Shown here one piece after another: positions 60,213-64,000 of a DNA stretch of 64,000 bases; within the stretch, counting starts at the first letter, position 1; the number at the start of each line of letters is the position of its first letter. A program made the translations under genes and the position numbers. The notes under the pieces were generated by a model. It was not told the origin of the DNA. It saw only the letters and a list, made by a program, of their open reading frames with translations, and did not search any database. This stretch comes from Flavobacteriales bacterium (lineage in GTDB: Bacteria > Bacteroidota > Bacteroidia > Flavobacteriales_F > PHOS-HE28). The stretch spans positions 22,955-86,954 of the forward strand of contig JBGTAJ010000258.1 of assembly GCA_041749915.1 (NCBI GenBank). Direction: 5' to 3'.

Positions 60213-60779
60213 TCAAATACCCCCATCGCCTCCTCCACCCATCCAGAACAGCCATGGCAGTAGCGGTACCAGGTCGGCGAGGTCTTCGCGCAGCGTCTTC
60301 AGGGCCTTGCCCATCTGGTTCTCCACGGTCTTCGCGGAGATCCCCAGCTGTTCGGCGATCTCGTGGTACTTCAGCCCGTCGTAGCGGCTCAGTTTGAACA
60401 CCTTCCGGCGCTCCTCCGGCAGGGACTCGATGGCGGCCTGCACCCGGGCGATGCGGTCCATGTGTTCATCCTCGCTCCGCTCCTCCTCCTGCAGGCGGTC
60501 GTCCACCTCCTCGTTCAATGCACGGACCCTTCCACCCGCCTTCAACGCATTCAAACAGCGGTTGCGGACCGATGTGTATAGGTAGGCTTTCAGGCTGGTG
60601 GTGATGCTCAGCTTCTCCCGGTCAAGCCAGAGGCGGAAGAACAGGTCCTGGACCAGATCCTCCGATCGGTCCATGTCCTTGAGGTAGCCCAACGCGAATT
60701 CGCACAACGGCCGATAATGCCGCCTGAACAGTGCCTCGAAGGCCGCTCGATCACTGGATGCGATGGGCTGGAATTCCAT
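60213..60779 (-). CDS. ECF (sigma-70 family) RNA polymerase sigma factor
   Basis: Region 2 DLVQDLFFRLW and region 4 YDGLKYHEIAEQLGISAKTVENQM. 188 aa. Confidence 0.9.
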   Translation of the reverse strand: MEFQPIASSDRAAFEALFRRHYRPLCEFALGYLKDMDRSEDLVQDLFFRLWLDREKLSITTSLKAYLYTSVRNRCLNALKAGGRVRALNEEVDDRLQEEERSEDEHMDRIARVQAAIESLPEERRKVFKLSRYDGLKYHEIAEQLGISAKTVENQMGKALKTLREDLADLVPLLPWLFWMGGGGDGGI

Positions 60780-60792
60780 GGAGAACGGTGGC

Positions 60793-60800
60793 CAAATGTA
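60793..60800 (-). promoter_or_regulatory. candidate -7 box TACATTTG (ECF sigma operon)
   Basis: The plus strand reads CAAATGTA, a perfect TAnnTTTG on the minus strand. It lies 13 nt upstream of ATG 60779. Confidence 0.4.
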
Positions 60801-61134
60801 CCCAGCGGGATGTGCTCATTCAGAAGAGCAAAAGAGCCCAAAGAAGAGCCACGGCCGTGTAAGGCATACCATTCAGTCTCGGGATCAAGCAGTATGCTCT
60901 CACTCGACCATGGGTTATACCTGATGAATACTGTGACCAAGTCCCATAATTTACTCTACCAGAGCAAAAACTCCGGCCATAACGACAGATCGACCTAGCT
61001 TCATGCGACCGATCGGCACGAAGGGGTGTGCGAAAAATGCCATTCTGCCCGCTTTTCCTGGGCGGCGTTGCCTTTGCTGCCCGCTCGTCACCGTCAGCGA
61101 CCTGGATACGACCTGGCGATCAACCACCACGCAC

Positions 61135-63774
61135 ATGGACCTGAACAAATTCACCATCCGCTCCCAGCAAGCAATCCAGCAGGCACAGACCATCGCCAGC
61201 GGATATGGTCAACAGATGCTCGAGAACGGCCACCTGCTCAAGGGCATCCTTGAAGTGGATGCCGATGTGTCGCCCTTCCTGCTGAAGAAACTGAACGTGA
61301 ACCTTCCCGCGATGCAACAGGCGCTGGACCGCATCGTGCAGGGCTATCCCAAAGTGAGCGGTGGGCAGATCTCCCTCTCCCGCCATGCGAGCGATGCCCT
61401 GACCAAGGCACTGGCCGCGTTGAAGGAGTTCGGAGATGAGTTCGCCAGCGTGGAGCACATGCTGATCGGCATCCTCGACAGCGGCGACACCATTGGCCAA
61501 TTGTTGAAGGATAATGGGGTCACGAAAAAGGACCTCATCGCGGCCATCAAGGACCTGCGCAAGGGCGCGAAGGTGACGAGCCAAAGCCAGGAGGAGACCT
61601 ACAACGCGCTGAACAAGTACGCGAAGAACCTCAACCAGCTCGCCAAGGACAACAAGCTCGATCCCGTGATCGGGCGCGACGAGGAGATCCGCCGCGTGCT
61701 GCAGATCCTCAGCCGCCGTACCAAGAACAACCCGATCCTGATCGGTGAGCCCGGCGTGGGCAAGACCGCCATCGCCGAAGGCATCGCACAGCGCATCGTC
61801 AGCGGAGACATCCCTGAGGACCTCAAGGGCAAGCAGGTGTTCAGCCTCGACATCGCATCACTGATCGCCGGTGCCAAGTACAAGGGCGAATTCGAAGAGC
61901 GTTTGAAGGCCGTGGTGAAGGAGGTGATCAGTGCCGAGGGCAACATCATCCTCTTCATCGACGAGATCCATACCCTTGTTGGGGCGGGTGGTGGCGACGG
62001 CGCCATGGATGCCGCGAACATCCTGAAGCCAGCGCTTGCACGCGGCGAACTGCGCAGCATCGGCGCCACCACGCTCAACGAGTACCAGAAGTACTTCGAG
62101 AAGGACAAGGCCCTGGAGCGTCGTTTCCAGAAGGTGATGGTCGATGAGCCTTCCCGCGAGGACGCCATCAGCATCCTGCGCGGTCTGAAGGACAAGTACG
62201 AGAGCCACCACAAGGTCCTCATCAAGGACGCCGCGATCATCGCCGCCGTGGAGCTGAGCACGCGCTACATCGCCGACCGTTTCCTGCCGGACAAGGCCAT
62301 CGACCTGATCGACGAGGCCGCCAGCAAGCTGCGCATGGAGATCAACTCCAAGCCCGAGGAGCTCGACGAGATCGACCGCCGCATCATGCAGCTGGAGATC
62401 GAGCGCGAGGCCATCAAGCGCGAGAACGACGAGGCCAAGCTCGCCGAGCTGAACAAGGAGATCGCCGAGCTCAGCGGTCAGCGCGACGGATTCAAAGCCC
62501 GCTGGGAAAGCGAGCGCGCCTTGGTGGAGCGCATCAACAGCGCCAAGGACCAGATCGAGGACCTGAAGCACCAGGCCGCGCAGTACGAGCGCGAAGGCGA
62601 CTTCGGCAAGGTGGCCGAGATCCGCTACGGCCGGATCCAGGAGACCGAGAAGGAACTGTTGGCCGCGAAGGACGAACTGCTGCTGATGCAGGCCGACAGC
62701 AAGATGATCAAGGAGGAGGTCGATGTGGAGGAGATCGCCGCCGTGGTGAGCCGCTGGACCGGTGTCCCCGTGACGCGCATGCTCGAAGCCGAACGGGTGA
62801 AGCTCCTGAAGCTGGAGGACGAACTGCACAAGCGCGTGATCGGTCAGGACGAGGCCGTCCGGGCTGTGTCCGATGCCGTACGTCGCAACCGGGCGGGCAT
62901 GGGTGATGAGAAACGCCCCATCGGCAGCTTCATCTTCCTCGGTACCACCGGTGTCGGAAAGACCGAACTGGCGAAGGCGCTCAGCGAGATCCTCTTCAAT
63001 GACGAGAACGCTATGACGCGCATCGACATGAGCGAGTACCAGGAGCGCCACAGCGTTTCACGCCTCGTGGGTGCGCCTCCGGGCTACGTGGGTTACGACG
63101 AGGGCGGCCAGCTCACCGAGGCCGTGCGCCGCAAGCCTTACAGCGTGGTGCTGCTGGACGAGATCGAGAAGGCCCACCCCGACGTGTGGAACATCCTGCT
63201 GCAGGTGCTCGACGACGGCCGCCTCACCGATAACAAGGGCCGCGTGGTGAACTTCAAGAACACCATCGTGATCATGACGAGCAACATCGGCTCGCACATC
63301 ATCCAGGAGAATTTCGAGAACCTTCAGGACAAGGACATCGACAGTGTAGTGGAGAAGACCCAGCGCGAAGTGATGGACCTGTTGCGCAAGACCGTGCGCC
63401 CCGAGTTCCTCAACCGTGTGGACGAACTGATCATGTTCCGACCGCTGAGCCACACCGATGTGCGCGCCATCGTGGAACTGCAACTGAACATGTTGCTGAA
63501 GAAGTTGGAGGAGAAGGACATCCACCTCCTCCCCAGCGAAGAGCTCATCGCCCACATCAGCACCATCGGCTTCGACCCGCAGTTCGGTGCACGCCCCATC
63601 AAGCGCATGATCCAAAAGGAACTGCTGAACGAGTTGAGCAAGCAGATCATCGCGGGGACGCTCGAAACTGGCAAGCCGCAGGTGATCGATGTGTTCGACG
63701 GGAAGATCGTGCTGCGGAAGCCGATCGATGAGAAGGAGAATGGGAAGGCAAAGAAGGAGAAGGCTTCGGCTTGA
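61135..63774 (+). CDS. clpB: ATP-dependent chaperone ClpB
   Basis: Start at [18 protein letters not shown]. Two Walker A sites ([20 protein letters not shown]) and a long coiled-coil middle domain. The ORF-track start at 61003 is rejected. Confidence 0.95.
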   Translation: MDLNKFTIRSQQAIQQAQTIASGYGQQMLENGHLLKGILEVDADVSPFLLKKLNVNLPAMQQALDRIVQGYPKVSGGQISLSRHASDALTKALAALKEFGDEFASVEHMLIGILDSGDTIGQLLKDNGVTKKDLIAAIKDLRKGAKVTSQSQEETYNALNKYAKNLNQLAKDNKLDPVIGRDEEIRRVLQILSRRTKNNPILIGEPGVGKTAIAEGIAQRIVSGDIPEDLKGKQVFSLDIASLIAGAKYKGEFEERLKAVVKEVISAEGNIILFIDEIHTLVGAGGGDGAMDAANILKPALARGELRSIGATTLNEYQKYFEKDKALERRFQKVMVDEPSREDAISILRGLKDKYESHHKVLIKDAAIIAAVELSTRYIADRFLPDKAIDLIDEAASKLRMEINSKPEELDEIDRRIMQLEIEREAIKRENDEAKLAELNKEIAELSGQRDGFKARWESERALVERINSAKDQIEDLKHQAAQYEREGDFGKVAEIRYGRIQETEKELLAAKDELLLMQADSKMIKEEVDVEEIAAVVSRWTGVPVTRMLEAERVKLLKLEDELHKRVIGQDEAVRAVSDAVRRNRAGMGDEKRPIGSFIFLGTTGVGKTELAKALSEILFNDENAMTRIDMSEYQERHSVSRLVGAPPGYVGYDEGGQLTEAVRRKPYSVVLLDEIEKAHPDVWNILLQVLDDGRLTDNKGRVVNFKNTIVIMTSNIGSHIIQENFENLQDKDIDSVVEKTQREVMDLLRKTVRPEFLNRVDELIMFRPLSHTDVRAIVELQLNMLLKKLEEKDIHLLPSEELIAHISTIGFDPQFGARPIKRMIQKELLNELSKQIIAGTLETGKPQVIDVFDGKIVLRKPIDEKENGKAKKEKASA

Positions 63775-64000
63775 CGCGTGACGCTGGCAGAAGGCACCTG
63801 TAGCGTCGACCCTGCTCGGACTTCTCTCAGATTGGGCGACCTACAGTGCGTACCTATTGTGACCCCTTGGTGCGCAACGTTGAAAGACCGTCCGATAAGC
63901 CAACCGACTCGCATAGTAATACCAAGCAGTAGCACCGTATCGATCTGCTTGGTAAACAAACCTTACTAAGATATCCTTACTGCTCTGATGGCGTGCTGGG

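Noticed and set aside
63921-63953. Perfect 9-bp inverted repeat ACCAAGCAG-N15-CTGCTTGGT downstream of clpB.
   Set aside because: There is no adjacent T run and it lies 147 nt past the clpB stop. It may serve a gene beyond the window edge. It cannot be called a terminator from this sequence.

Overview
This is a GC-rich, densely coding chromosomal segment that looks like a Bacteroidota genome. That assignment is inference, based on gldF-gldG, a MoxR-DUF58-BatABCDE type operon, an ECF-sigma/FecR/TonB module, recurrent TAnnTTTG -7 promoter boxes and very short leaders. I support about 67 CDS, many joined by ATGA/TAATG stop-start overlaps. There are also three minus-strand tRNAs (Arg-TCT, Pro-TGG, Ser-GCT), one decayed tRNA-Pro-like copy, several hairpin terminators and one perfect DnaA box. 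Most genes are housekeeping: purC, phoH, dnaN, dapA, ligA, prmC, ribD, dnaA, ndk, recF, ribH, thiolase and clpB. I saw no rRNA, CRISPR array, transposase, integrase, phage gene or recognisable defence gene. Four parts look accessory. (1) A ketosynthase-less ACP / FkbH-like / double-hotdog-SDR / GNAT cassette at 509-5225. (2) A nine-gene MoxR-Bat operon with an extra poly-Q ORF. (3) A lower-GC 1065-aa beta-helix protein next to the tRNA cluster. (4) A minus-strand ECF-sigma / FecR cluster (53862-60779) whose STN-bearing partner is a 16-residue-repeat protein rather than a TonB-dependent transducer, with a plug-barrel receptor encoded separately. I cannot demonstrate a new system from sequence alone. 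Items (4) and (1) are the best candidates and need HMM, structure and synteny checks. All function calls rest on motifs I recognised by eye in the supplied translations; no database search was run.
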